A DNA stretch of 64,000 nt, from NCBI GenBank assembly GCA_024763455.1, contig JANTFL010000001.1, forward strand, positions 26,678-90,677, read 5' to 3'. This DNA comes from Sediminispirochaeta sp. (GTDB taxonomy: Bacteria; Spirochaetota; Spirochaetia; B11-G9). Below are positions 7,614 to 16,230 of this stretch, piece after piece; within the stretch, counting starts at the first letter, position 1, and every line of letters begins with the position of its first letter. The notes under the pieces are model-generated. The model ran no database searches, was not told the DNA's origin, and saw only the letters and a list, made by a program, of their open reading frames with translations. The translations under genes were made by a program, and so were the position numbers.

Positions 7614-9374
7614 ATGGAAGCTTTAAAAAATATTTGGAAAGACAGGATAAAAAAGGCTCTTATTGATTCAGCAGAAAAGTACGGGCTTGATGCCGGATCT
7701 GTTGATGGTATCCCCCTCATTCTTGAGACACCACCGAAAGCGGAGCTTGGCGATATAGCCTTTCCTCTTTTCCCCTTTGCAAGGGTATTTAAGCGAAATC
7801 CTGCCCAGATTGCTGCAGAAGTGGCTGAGATTTTAAACAGAGATTCTTCGTTCGGGTCTGCCGAAGCGGCGGGACCCTATATAAATATTAAACTCGATCT
7901 CTCAGGGCAGATTGAGAAAACCATTCTTGCAGTGAACAGTGAAGGGAATGACTACGGGAGAACCTCTCTTTACAAAGACGAAAAAATAATGGTTGAGTTT
8001 TCCTGTCCCAACACGAACAAACCTCTCCATTTGGGGCATCTGAGAAATGACTCCATCGGCGAGAGTGTTTCCAGAATTTTGGCAATGAACAGTGCTGATG
8101 TCAGGAAAGTTAATCTGATTAACGACCGGGGTATACACATCTGTAAATCAATGCTGGCTTATAAAAAATTCGGAGGAGATACTACTCCTGAAAGCGAAGG
8201 GATAAAAAGTGATCACTTTGTGGGAAAGTACTATGTCAAATACAACGAGTGGTCAAAGGAGTATCCCGGAGCTGAGGAGGAGGCACGAGCAATGCTCAGG
8301 GCGTGGGAAGCAGGCGACCCGGAGGTTACGGCATTGTGGAAAAAGATGAACAACTGGACAATAAGCGGTATTCAGGAAACCTACCGCAAAACCGGAATCA
8401 GTTTTGATACCTTCTACTATGAAAGTGAGACGTATAAAGCCGGGAAAGAAGAAATTTTAACTGGTCTGGATAAAGGTGTATTCTATGCTGAAGAGGACGG
8501 TTCAGTGTGGGCAGATCTTTCAGAGATAGATCTCGATAAGAAGGTCCTCTTGAGGAGCGACGGTACCTCACTGTATCTTACACAGGATATTGGAACTGCT
8601 ATTGCACGCCATAAAGACTGGCCCTTTGAAAGGTTACTATATGTTGTCGGGTCTGAACAGCAGTATCACTTCAAAGTGCTCTTTTACATTCTCAAAAAAC
8701 TGGGGTTTAAATGGGCTGAAAAGCTCTACCATCTCTCCTACGGTATGGTTAACCTTCCCGAGGGTAAGATGAAATCACGGGAAGGAACGGTTGTAGATGC
8801 AGACGATCTGTTTCAGGAACTGAAAAGGATTGCCTTCGAAGAGATCGAGTCAAAGGATAGAATCAGCGAAGTTGGAGATGTTGAGAAGACAACAGATGCC
8901 GTTGCCCTTGCTGCCCTCAATTACTATCTGCTACAGGTTTCACCGGGCAAGGATATGATATTTAATCCCAAGGATTCAATATCCTTTAATGGAAATACTG
9001 GTCCGTATCTGCAGTACATGGGAGCCAGGATTTCAAGTATGCTCAGAAAATTTGAAAAAAAAGAGAATCAGTATGCCGGAACAGCCCCGGATTTCAGTTC
9101 CCTGAATGAGGAATCTGAAAGGGAGCTTGTAAAACTTCTTTCCGCTTTCCCCGCAGTTGTGAAGGAAGCGGCAAAAGAGCTGAATCCGGCTGTTGTGGCA
9201 GGTTATTTATACAATCTTACAAAACTTTTTAGCAGGTTTTATCATGATGTGCCTGTTTTGAATGATGAGAACAAACAGCGTGTTTTGGCAAGAGTTGAGC
9301 TTGTAAAAGCTATTCGGCAGGTTCTCAAAAACGGTTTTTTCCTGATTGGGGTTCCCTTTCTGGACAGGATGTAA
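7614..9374 (+). CDS. argS: arginine--tRNA ligase
   Basis: 586 aa. It has the class I HLGHLRN (HIGH-type) motif, a DALR-type anticodon-binding C-terminus and ends in M, as is typical of ArgS. Confidence 0.95.
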   Translation: MEALKNIWKDRIKKALIDSAEKYGLDAGSVDGIPLILETPPKAELGDIAFPLFPFARVFKRNPAQIAAEVAEILNRDSSFGSAEAAGPYINIKLDLSGQIEKTILAVNSEGNDYGRTSLYKDEKIMVEFSCPNTNKPLHLGHLRNDSIGESVSRILAMNSADVRKVNLINDRGIHICKSMLAYKKFGGDTTPESEGIKSDHFVGKYYVKYNEWSKEYPGAEEEARAMLRAWEAGDPEVTALWKKMNNWTISGIQETYRKTGISFDTFYYESETYKAGKEEILTGLDKGVFYAEEDGSVWADLSEIDLDKKVLLRSDGTSLYLTQDIGTAIARHKDWPFERLLYVVGSEQQYHFKVLFYILKKLGFKWAEKLYHLSYGMVNLPEGKMKSREGTVVDADDLFQELKRIAFEEIESKDRISEVGDVEKTTDAVALAALNYYLLQVSPGKDMIFNPKDSISFNGNTGPYLQYMGARISSMLRKFEKKENQYAGTAPDFSSLNEESERELVKLLSAFPAVVKEAAKELNPAVVAGYLYNLTKLFSRFYHDVPVLNDENKQRVLARVELVKAIRQVLKNGFFLIGVPFLDRM

Positions 9375-9389
9375 AGGCTTTGGCGGTAT

Positions 9390-9419
9390 TGACCAGCTTT
9401 ACCCGATTATGCTATAAGG
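9390..9419 (+). promoter_or_regulatory. candidate sigma70 promoter of the rplU operon
   Basis: TTGACC (9390-9395), an 18 nt spacer and TATAAG (9414-9419), 38 nt upstream of the rplU ATG. Confidence 0.35.
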
Positions 9420-9457
9420 TATTCACTTAAGAATATAGATTTGTTGAGGTTGACTTC

Positions 9458-9772
9458 ATGTACGCAATGGTTGAAATTAAAGGTAAGCAGTATAAAGCTG
9501 AGAAAGGTGCTGTTCTAAAAGTAGATAAAATCGATGGAGAGAAGGGTGATGCAGTCGATTTTGACTCTGTTCTTCTTTTAAACGATGAAAAGAATGTAAA
9601 GGTTGGAACTCCGTATGTTGATGGAGTTACCATTAAAACCACTATAGAAGAGCATAAGAAGGACAAAAAAGTCGTTATCTTCAAGTTCAAGAGAAGGAAA
9701 GGGTACCGCAGAAAGCAGGGGCATAGAGAAACATACTCTTATTTGAAGGTAAATGAGATTACAGGAGCTTAA
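9458..9772 (+). CDS. rplU: 50S ribosomal protein L21
   Basis: 104 aa. MYAMVEIKGKQYKAEKG..FKFKRRKGYRRKQGHR is the canonical L21 sequence. Confidence 0.95.
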   Translation: MYAMVEIKGKQYKAEKGAVLKVDKIDGEKGDAVDFDSVLLLNDEKNVKVGTPYVDGVTIKTTIEEHKKDKKVVIFKFKRRKGYRRKQGHRETYSYLKVNEITGA

Positions 9773-9778
9773 TCTTTA

Positions 9779-10108
9779 TTGATTGAGGTCACCATACGGC
9801 TGAATGAATCCGGTGTCATATCCGGAATCAGAGCGGTCGGTCATTCGGGAGCTGCTGCGAAAGGACAGGATATTGTCTGTGCATCAGCTTCAGTTTTGTT
9901 CAGAACCCTTGGACGGTCGCTTGAAGGCAAAGAAGGTATTGTTATTGAGGGTTCTGCTGACAGCAGAGGAGAGTTCTTTCTGGAAGTTGTTTCCTATCCT
10001 CGTACTCTTTATGGATGGCTGGAAGGGATAACTTCCTACATCCTTACAGGGTTAAAGGATCTGGAAGTAGAAAATCCGGATGAATTGTCTGTCAGTATAA
10101 AAGTATAG
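9779..10108 (+). CDS. prp: ribosomal-processing cysteine protease Prp homologue (DUF464)
   Basis: 109 aa with a TTG start. It lies between rplU and rpmA. The His/Cys dyad context is conserved (AVGHSG ... [10 protein letters not shown]). Confidence 0.8.
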   Translation: MIEVTIRLNESGVISGIRAVGHSGAAAKGQDIVCASASVLFRTLGRSLEGKEGIVIEGSADSRGEFFLEVVSYPRTLYGWLEGITSYILTGLKDLEVENPDELSVSIKV

Positions 10109-10122
10109 ATCAAGGAGAAGTT

Positions 10123-10377
10123 ATGGCACATAAGAAAGGTGGCGGTAGTTCTAAAAACGGAAGAGATTCAAACTCGCAGAGACTCGGTATTAAAAGATAC
10201 GGCGGACAGATTGTTAAAGCCGGAGAGATCATTGTAAGACAGCGGGGAACCAAATTCCATCCTGGAGCAAACGTTGGTAAAGGTAAAGATGATACGCTCT
10301 TTGCCAAAGAAGCAGGAACTGTTGTTTTTTCAAGACGGCTTGGAAGAAAGTACGTTACTATCGAAACTTCTCTCTAA
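10123..10377 (+). CDS. rpmA: 50S ribosomal protein L27 (no N-terminal propeptide)
   Basis: 84 aa starting [30 protein letters not shown] lies 5 nt upstream, and an in-frame TGA 14 codons upstream excludes an N-terminal extension. Confidence 0.95.
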   Translation: MAHKKGGGSSKNGRDSNSQRLGIKRYGGQIVKAGEIIVRQRGTKFHPGANVGKGKDDTLFAKEAGTVVFSRRLGRKYVTIETSL

Positions 10378-10400
10378 ATTTAAACCCTTCAGAGGTAATT

Positions 10401-11378
10401 ATGCATGGGTTTGCTGATGAAACCTTTATCGATGTTACCTCTGGGAACGGGGGGCATGGCTGTGTCTCGTTCCGAAGGGAAAAATATGTTCCTAAAGGTG
10501 GTCCAGACGGCGGAGACGGCGGTAAAGGCGGCGATGTCATTTTTGTTGTCCGGGATAATTTAAAAACTCTTTCCCATTTAAAGACGAAACGTGTATACAG
10601 GGCCGAAAACGGCAGACCCGGCGAAGGGCGCAGAAAACACGGCAGGAATGGAAAAGATGCTGTTATCGCGGTACCTCCGGGAACCCTTATTAAGGACCCT
10701 GAAAACGGCGAGGTTATTAAAGATCTCACCGGTCTTGAGTCCTGGGTTTTCCTTAAAGGGGGACAGGGCGGCTTAGGGAACTGGCATTTTTCTACCTCTA
10801 GAAAACAAACTCCCCGGTATGCTCAGAGCGGGATGAGCGGAGAGGAGAGAAGGGTTCATGTAGAGCTTCAACTCATTGCGGATGTCGGGTTGGTCGGATT
10901 GCCGAATGCAGGGAAATCTTCCATGCTGAAAGCTCTTACCAATGCGCAGCCTAAAGTTGCTGCATATGCGTTTACAACAAAGATCCCCAATCTCGGGGTA
11001 ATGAAAGGTACATACAAAAGGATAGTCATTGCAGATATCCCCGGAATTATTGAAGGTGCCTCCAGCGGCGCCGGAATGGGGATCAAATTCCTTAAACATA
11101 TTAACAGGACAAAGGCTATTGCATTTGTTATAGATCTTACGGAAGAGGATCCATTTTCTGTCTACCAGACCCTTATTCAAGAACTCAAGGAATATGCTCC
11201 TGATCTTGCACAGAGGAAAAGAGTAATTATCGGCACAAAAAATGACCTCCCTGGAAGCGAAGCAGGGTATGATGCTCTTAAGGAAAGAATAAAGGACGGT
11301 TTTACTGTCTCCATATCATCCTTTACCCGGTCGGGGCTGGATGAACTCACGAAATACTTAGAGAAGATCACCGAATGA
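10401..11378 (+). CDS. obg: GTPase Obg/CgtA
   Basis: 325 aa. It has the glycine-rich Obg fold (GNGGHGCVSFRREKYVPKGGPDGGDGGKGGDV) and G motifs GLPNAGKSS, DIPG and NKND-like TKND. Confidence 0.95.
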   Translation: MHGFADETFIDVTSGNGGHGCVSFRREKYVPKGGPDGGDGGKGGDVIFVVRDNLKTLSHLKTKRVYRAENGRPGEGRRKHGRNGKDAVIAVPPGTLIKDPENGEVIKDLTGLESWVFLKGGQGGLGNWHFSTSRKQTPRYAQSGMSGEERRVHVELQLIADVGLVGLPNAGKSSMLKALTNAQPKVAAYAFTTKIPNLGVMKGTYKRIVIADIPGIIEGASSGAGMGIKFLKHINRTKAIAFVIDLTEEDPFSVYQTLIQELKEYAPDLAQRKRVIIGTKNDLPGSEAGYDALKERIKDGFTVSISSFTRSGLDELTKYLEKITE

Positions 11379-11379
11379 T

Positions 11380-11952
11380 ATGAAAACTGTTGTTTTCGGA
11401 GGAACATACAATCCTGTTCACAATGGACACCTTTATATCGGTGAAGAGATAAGGAAACAGCTTGGGTATGAGCGCATCCTGTTTATACCTTCAAACATTC
11501 CTCCCCATAAAGCAGCTGACCGGAAGACGAAAGCGGCACACAGGATACACATGCTGGAGTATGCATTGGAAAAAAGCCCTTTTTCTATTGAAAAGTGTGA
11601 GATTCACCGGGGAGGAACTTCCTATACTATCGATACAATCGATTTTCTCCGTGATAAATATCGTATATCAGATAAAATCGGTCTTGTTATCGGTGATGAC
11701 CTTGTTGATGGTTTTAAGAAGTGGCACCGTTGGGAAGAACTCATTGAAAAGGTTAACCTGATTATTGTGCACAGGAATTTTAAAAAGGAACAAACCATCG
11801 ATCTGCCGCACCGTTACCTGAACAATTTGTTGATCCCTGTTTCTTCACGGGAAATACGGAGAAGGATAAGAAAGGGAATGGCCTACCGGTATCTTGTCCC
11901 GGAAAAAGTCTATGCCTATATTGTAGAAAATCAACTGTACCTGGATACATAA
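11380..11952 (+). CDS. nadD: nicotinate-nucleotide adenylyltransferase
   Basis: 190 aa. GGTYNPVHNGHL (the HxGH motif) and ISSREIRRRI-like VSSREIRRRI are present. Confidence 0.9.
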   Translation: MKTVVFGGTYNPVHNGHLYIGEEIRKQLGYERILFIPSNIPPHKAADRKTKAAHRIHMLEYALEKSPFSIEKCEIHRGGTSYTIDTIDFLRDKYRISDKIGLVIGDDLVDGFKKWHRWEELIEKVNLIIVHRNFKKEQTIDLPHRYLNNLLIPVSSREIRRRIRKGMAYRYLVPEKVYAYIVENQLYLDT

Positions 11953-12536
11953 TGTACACTGAACTTAAAGATTATATAGAGAAAAATCTATCCCACCTGC
12001 GGTTTGAGCACCTCCTTTCAACTGCAAAGGAATGCGCCTATCTGTGCCAGATGTTCGGTCTGGACAGCAATGCAGGGAGGATCGCAGGCATATCCCATGA
12101 TATAGCGAGAGAACTCTCTGAAAAGGAGATTGTTACTCTTGTGGAAAAGGACGGAATGGATATTAGTGATTATGAATATACACATCCTGTTCTACTTCAT
12201 GGAAGAGCCGGAGCAGTGATTCTTCAGGAAGAGTTTGGAATAAACGAAGACGTCATCCTTAATGCAGTACGCTGGCATACCGTAGGACATCCGGATATGG
12301 GATCTATAGGAAAAGTTCTGTTTGTTGCCGATTATATTGAACCGGGGAGAGAACATATTACTGAAGACTTCCGGCGCAGGGTGCATGGTTTGAATCTGAA
12401 CGGAATGGTGATAGAGGTGCTTTCCCGTCAAATTGAATACCTGAGAAACAAGGGCAATATAATTGTCGAAAGTTCTATTTTATTGTATGATAAGCTGCTG
12501 TCGGAAAATGACAGGAAACATTTAAGTGTAGGTTGA
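11952..12536 (+). CDS. yqeK: HD-domain bis(5'-nucleosyl)-tetraphosphatase YqeK
   Basis: 194 aa. It has the HD motif (GISHDIAR) and WHTVG, and follows nadD as in Firmicutes. Confidence 0.8.
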   Translation: MYTELKDYIEKNLSHLRFEHLLSTAKECAYLCQMFGLDSNAGRIAGISHDIARELSEKEIVTLVEKDGMDISDYEYTHPVLLHGRAGAVILQEEFGINEDVILNAVRWHTVGHPDMGSIGKVLFVADYIEPGREHITEDFRRRVHGLNLNGMVIEVLSRQIEYLRNKGNIIVESSILLYDKLLSENDRKHLSVG

Positions 12537-12540
12537 TTGT

Positions 12541-13740
12541 TTGAATAGAAGAAAACAAATAGATAAAGCCGTGATTTTCATTATACTGATTTTTCTCGTT
12601 CTTTTTATGACGTCAATGTTCGTTTACACACGTTTGAAGAAGGATAAGATAACTGGAGCGGTGGAAAACGGTGAGACCTTAAAAACCCTTATTATGATAA
12701 CAAATGGTAATACACTTCTGTATACCGAGCTCTTTATGTACAACTCAGCAACCCACAAGGGAGCGCTATTTGATATTCCCGGAAACGTTGGTTCAATAAT
12801 CAGTCAGACAGATAAAATGGACCGAATCGATACTCTTTTTGTTGGTAACAAACCAGAACCATATATAGAAAAAGTGGAGGAAATCCTTAATACTTCAATA
12901 CCGTACTATCTAATTATTGAAAGAGAGAATTTTAAGGGATTAGTTGACCTCTTTGAAGGGATAAAGCTGTTCATTCCCAATCCTGTTGAACTTGTTACAC
13001 AAGAGAATATTCTTTTACTTCCTTCCGGAAATGTAGTTCTTGACGGAGAAAAAGCGGTTACTTTCATGATGTATCAGGAAGAGGGAGAAGAAAACATAGA
13101 GAGTATAAGCAGAAGGCAGAAAGTCGTTCAATCGCTTTTAGGTACAATTGGAGAGAGAAATCAGCTGCTGGAAAACAGAAAACTTTCATCTGTTCTGTAT
13201 TCGCTTATTGATTCAAATCTCTCAAAAACAGCTGTTACAGCCCTGTTCTCAGAGATGAAGTTCCTGGATTCAGACAGAATGGTTTTTCAGAGGGTTCTGG
13301 GGGCAAAGCGAATAACCGGCGATAAAACACTTTTATTCCCTCACTATGAGGGTAAACTTCTGAAGGAGACCCTGTCACAGACAATTGACTCACTTGCCGA
13401 TCAAGAGGGACAAAGTAACAAGGCACTACAGATGAGTATTGACATACTGAATGGTACAGGACAGAACGGTCTTGCTGCGAGAACATCCGAGGTTTTCAAG
13501 AGTTTTGGTTTTGATATAATCAAGGTCGGTAACTATAGTGAAGATGACTTGGAAAAAACTTTGGTAGTGAGCAGAAGCCTTGACACGAGTGCAGCTGAGA
13601 AAGCTGCTGAGTTAATAAAGTGCAAAAATATAAAGTTTTCTACTGCTGTAGAGATACCAACTGAAAGTGTATCAGGTGACAGTGCAGATGTCATTGTGAT
13701 TCTGGGGAAGGATTTTGATGGAAGATATTGCAAAGATTAA
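12541..13740 (+). CDS. LCP (LytR-CpsA-Psr) family protein with LytR_C-like C-terminal domain
   Basis: 399 aa with a TTG start and an N-terminal TM helix. A diverged LCP core (DRIDTLF..IPYYLIIERENFKGLVDLFEGI) is followed by a C-terminal ILNGTGQNGLAART..DVIVILGKDF module. Confidence 0.65.
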   Translation: MNRRKQIDKAVIFIILIFLVLFMTSMFVYTRLKKDKITGAVENGETLKTLIMITNGNTLLYTELFMYNSATHKGALFDIPGNVGSIISQTDKMDRIDTLFVGNKPEPYIEKVEEILNTSIPYYLIIERENFKGLVDLFEGIKLFIPNPVELVTQENILLLPSGNVVLDGEKAVTFMMYQEEGEENIESISRRQKVVQSLLGTIGERNQLLENRKLSSVLYSLIDSNLSKTAVTALFSEMKFLDSDRMVFQRVLGAKRITGDKTLLFPHYEGKLLKETLSQTIDSLADQEGQSNKALQMSIDILNGTGQNGLAARTSEVFKSFGFDIIKVGNYSEDDLEKTLVVSRSLDTSAAEKAAELIKCKNIKFSTAVEIPTESVSGDSADVIVILGKDFDGRYCKD

Positions 13741-14095
13741 GAATGAAAATGAAATAGCTGTAGAGATAGGTAAATTTATCGATGAGCACAAAGGGACCGG
13801 AACAGTCGTTCTGGATATTTCTGAATTCAGCAGCTGGACAAAATACTTCATTATCTCAACTATTTCGAGTATGGGACACCTGAAGGGTATTGTGAAACAG
13901 CTGAAACTATACCTTCTCGAAAGAAATATCGACATATATCATCGACATAAAAATATAGCAGAAGATGGGTGGGAACTTGTCGACTGCGGAGATTATGTTA
14001 TCCATCTTATGAGTAGTGAAGTAAGAAAATTTTACAATCTGGAGAAGCTCTGGTTTAACGGGGAGATTCTGTATCAGTCATCAAAATCCTCATAA
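13715..14095 (+). CDS. rsfS: ribosome silencing factor RsfS (iojap-like)
   Basis: 126 aa. TKYFIISTISSMGHLKGIV..WELVDCGDYVIHLMSSEVRKFYNLEKLW is the RsfS signature. Confidence 0.85.
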   Translation: MMEDIAKIKNENEIAVEIGKFIDEHKGTGTVVLDISEFSSWTKYFIISTISSMGHLKGIVKQLKLYLLERNIDIYHRHKNIAEDGWELVDCGDYVIHLMSSEVRKFYNLEKLWFNGEILYQSSKSS

Positions 14096-14298
14096 TCAAG
14101 ACCATCGTAGTAGTCTATTTCATCATCATCGTCATCAATAAAATCTTCATCCTCTTCAGGAACCGCTTCATCGTTCTCTAAACTCTCATCGTCAAAGGGA
14201 TCTTCGGCGAAACTGTCGTCAAATTCTGAGAAGTTATCATCATAGTCAGTTTCGTAATCATCAAAACTGTCATCGTAAAAATCATCTTCGTCAATCAT
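14074..14298 (-). CDS. hyper-acidic aromatic-rich microprotein (74 aa), function unknown
   Basis: MIDEDDFYDDSFDDYETDYDDNF...YEDFDD. By hand count it has 41 of 74 residues D/E, 14 F/Y and no K/R/H. It has its own near-consensus promoter ending 6 nt upstream of the ATG at 14298. The track start at 14334 is a TTG inside that promoter's -35 hexamer. Confidence 0.5.
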   Translation of the reverse strand: MIDEDDFYDDSFDDYETDYDDNFSEFDDSFAEDPFDDESLENDEAVPEEDEDFIDDDDDEIDYYDGLDYEDFDD

Positions 14299-14304
14299 TA
14301 CCAC

Positions 14305-14334
14305 ATTGTATGGTAATGAATAAATTATTGTCAA
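14305..14334 (-). promoter_or_regulatory. sigma70-type promoter (leaderless geometry) of the acidic microprotein gene
   Basis: On the minus strand: TTGACA (14334-14329), an 18 nt spacer and TACAAT (14310-14305), then gtggta (6 nt) and the ATG. No SD is present. Confidence 0.5.
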
Positions 14335-14351
14335 TAAACAACAGGGATAAA

Positions 14352-14816
14352 TTACTTGATTCCTACATATAGTGTAAATAAACCGTAACTTCCGGTAAGT
14401 GACTTGTGCAGTATATACCTGGTGTCAGCAGGTTCGGAAAAAATATTTTTCCCAATAATAAGAGTAGGTGGAGTTATGTCGCAGCAATAGCCTTTTTTTT
14501 CCAGGAGCATCATACTTCTGCCGGAAATTTGGTTGAGGAGCTCACCCATAGCCTCTTTATGAAACCGGCCGAAGCCCTTTTCCCCTTCCGGATTCATTCC
14601 GAGATTAGCCAGCATCTTCTTTATAAAATTGGAGGCACTGGAGATGTCTGATTTAAGACTAAGAAACCCCTTTAGATCGCCGGTAATTCCGATGTTAGCG
14701 ACGACTTCTGTGCTATTACATGTATTTATGGTATCAGTAGGAGTAATTTCAAAGCCTGCTTGCTCAAACACAATTTTGGTTGCTTCGGTGAATAGTTCAA
14801 GATCCTCAATTCTCAT
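14352..14816 (-). CDS. cheX: chemotaxis phosphatase CheX
   Basis: 154 aa. MRIEDLELFTEATKIVFEQ.. and GITGDLKGFLSL fit the CheX/CheC family, and the N-terminus resembles spirochaetal CheX. Confidence 0.85.
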   Translation of the reverse strand: MRIEDLELFTEATKIVFEQAGFEITPTDTINTCNSTEVVANIGITGDLKGFLSLKSDISSASNFIKKMLANLGMNPEGEKGFGRFHKEAMGELLNQISGRSMMLLEKKGYCCDITPPTLIIGKNIFSEPADTRYILHKSLTGSYGLFTLYVGIK

Positions 14817-14824
14817 AGGTGGTA

Positions 14825-14853
14825 AGTATAGGAAAAAGCAATTATGTTGTCAA
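14825..14853 (-). promoter_or_regulatory. sigma70 promoter (leaderless geometry) of cheX
   Basis: On the minus strand: TTGACA (14853-14848), a 17 nt spacer and TATACT (14830-14825), then 8 nt (taccacct) to the ATG at 14816. No SD is present. Confidence 0.5.
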
Positions 14854-14875
14854 ACCGGAGCAAATCTCCTATGAT
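14847..14875 (+). promoter_or_regulatory. sigma70 promoter (leaderless geometry) of ispE
   Basis: TTGTCA (14847-14852), a 17 nt spacer and TATGAT (14870-14875), then 6 nt to the ATG at 14882. Its -35 overlaps the cheX -35 on the opposite strand. Confidence 0.5.
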
Positions 14876-14881
14876 ACAGTG

Positions 14882-15763
14882 ATGGCAACAATTACACTTA
14901 CTGCTCAGGCTAAGATTAATCTGCATTTGGAAATAACCGGATTAAGGGATGACGGTTTCCATACGATAAACTCCATCTTTCAATTGGTTTCTCTCGCAGA
15001 CCTGATAAAAATATCAACGAAAAAAGATACCGGGTTCTATTCTCTTAAAGGTAACTTTAATTTTCCCCGGGAGCATAATCTTATTACCAAAGCTTTAAAA
15101 CTGTTTAGAGAGGTTACCGGTCTCCATGACGGGGTTGAGATCGAGTGTATAAAGAAAATCCCCGCTGGTGCAGGGCTTGGAGGAGGTTCAAGCGACGCTG
15201 CATCAGTTTTAAAAGGTTTGAACCTGCTTTTTAATGCCGGCCTTTCAAGTAAAGAGATGGCTGAGGCGGGGAGTACCCTCGGAAGTGATATCCCGTTTTT
15301 TTTTGGCACCGGAACAGCAGTTGTTATGGGTAGAGGTGAAGAAGTAAAGGGAATCGAAACGTTGTGGGATCTTCCTGTTGTGATTATTGACACCGGTATT
15401 CATGTGTCAACGCAGGAAGCATACAGGAAATTTGACGAGTACAGTAATCATTCTCCTGCAAAGATTGGAGCGTTGGAGGATGAATACCGCAAAAAGCCCT
15501 CTTTATGGCCCTTCTATAATGATTTTTTTACCGTTCTCGATTTGGAAGATCCTGTTTACAGAAACTGCATTAACCGTTTAAAAAGCTTTGGAGCTTTATA
15601 TTCTGCTATTTCAGGAAGCGGATCTGCAGTTTTCGGGATCTTCTCCGATGGGAAGGGAGCTGCTGCGGCTGCCGGGGCTTTGGAAAAAGAATTTAAAGGG
15701 GTTCATAAAGGAAAAATGCTTGCGATTCCTCCTAAGGCGGTTTACAATTCAGACAATAACTAG
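14882..15763 (+). CDS. ispE: 4-(cytidine 5'-diphospho)-2-C-methyl-D-erythritol kinase
   Basis: AKINLHLEITGLRDDGFH and the GHMP motif IPAGAGLGGGSSDAA are present. I moved the start from the track GTG at 14819 (2 nt from the cheX start) to the ATG at 14882, which gives the usual ~10 aa before AKINL. Confidence 0.9.
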   Translation: MATITLTAQAKINLHLEITGLRDDGFHTINSIFQLVSLADLIKISTKKDTGFYSLKGNFNFPREHNLITKALKLFREVTGLHDGVEIECIKKIPAGAGLGGGSSDAASVLKGLNLLFNAGLSSKEMAEAGSTLGSDIPFFFGTGTAVVMGRGEEVKGIETLWDLPVVIIDTGIHVSTQEAYRKFDEYSNHSPAKIGALEDEYRKKPSLWPFYNDFFTVLDLEDPVYRNCINRLKSFGALYSAISGSGSAVFGIFSDGKGAAAAAGALEKEFKGVHKGKMLAIPPKAVYNSDNN

Positions 15764-15785
15764 TGTGTAACGTCATGGAGGTCGT

Positions 15786-16082
15786 ATGGAGATTACTGAC
15801 ATTAGGATTCGAAGAGTTGGAGCAGAAGGGAAACTAAAAGCGTACGTAACGGTAACATTTGATGATTGCTTCGTTGTCCACAATGTAAAGGTAATTGAAG
15901 GGAAAAACGGTGCATTTATTGCCATGCCGAGTAGAAAAACAAAGGCTGGAGATTATAAAGATGTCGCACATCCTATAAATTCCGATTTTAGAAGCTTACT
16001 GCAGGCTAAAATACTAGAGGCTTATGAAAATGAACCTGCAGAAGAGTCCGGTTCTGAGCAAGAAGCGGCTGAAACCCTATAG
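15786..16082 (+). CDS. spoVG: SpoVG family nucleic-acid-binding protein
   Basis: 98 aa starting [53 protein letters not shown] lies upstream. Confidence 0.9.
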   Translation: MEITDIRIRRVGAEGKLKAYVTVTFDDCFVVHNVKVIEGKNGAFIAMPSRKTKAGDYKDVAHPINSDFRSLLQAKILEAYENEPAEESGSEQEAAETL

Positions 16083-16127
16083 ACTTTTAATAGAAAAAAA
16101 GTATAATACTCAATTATTCTGATACTG

Positions 16128-16199
16128 TGGGGCGTTGGCAAGTGGTTAAGCCCCCGGTTTTTGGTGCCGGTATCGTAGGTTCGAATCCTACCGCCCCAG
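16128..16199 (+). tRNA. tRNA-Gln (anticodon UUG)
   Basis: Acceptor TGGGGCG/CGCCCCA, anticodon arm CCGGT-TTTTGGT-GCCGG, T arm GTAGG-TTCGAAT-CCTAC. It is collinear with E. coli tRNA-Gln1. No CCA is encoded. TATAAT lies at 16102-16107 upstream. Confidence 0.85.
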
Positions 16200-16230
16200 A
16201 AAACTAAAATGATGTTAAGGAGAATTTCCC

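Noticed and set aside
10358-10729. A 123 aa Pro/Ser-rich minus-strand ORF.
   Set aside because: It is antisense to the glycine-rich (GGN codon) N-terminal Obg fold, so the complementary NCC codons give Pro/Ser. It is a compositional artefact.
14299-14334. The TTG start at 14334 for the acidic microprotein (MTIIYSLPYNVV extension).
   Set aside because: That TTG is the first three bases of the TTGACA -35 hexamer of a near-consensus promoter. The ATG at 14298 sits at the expected leaderless position.
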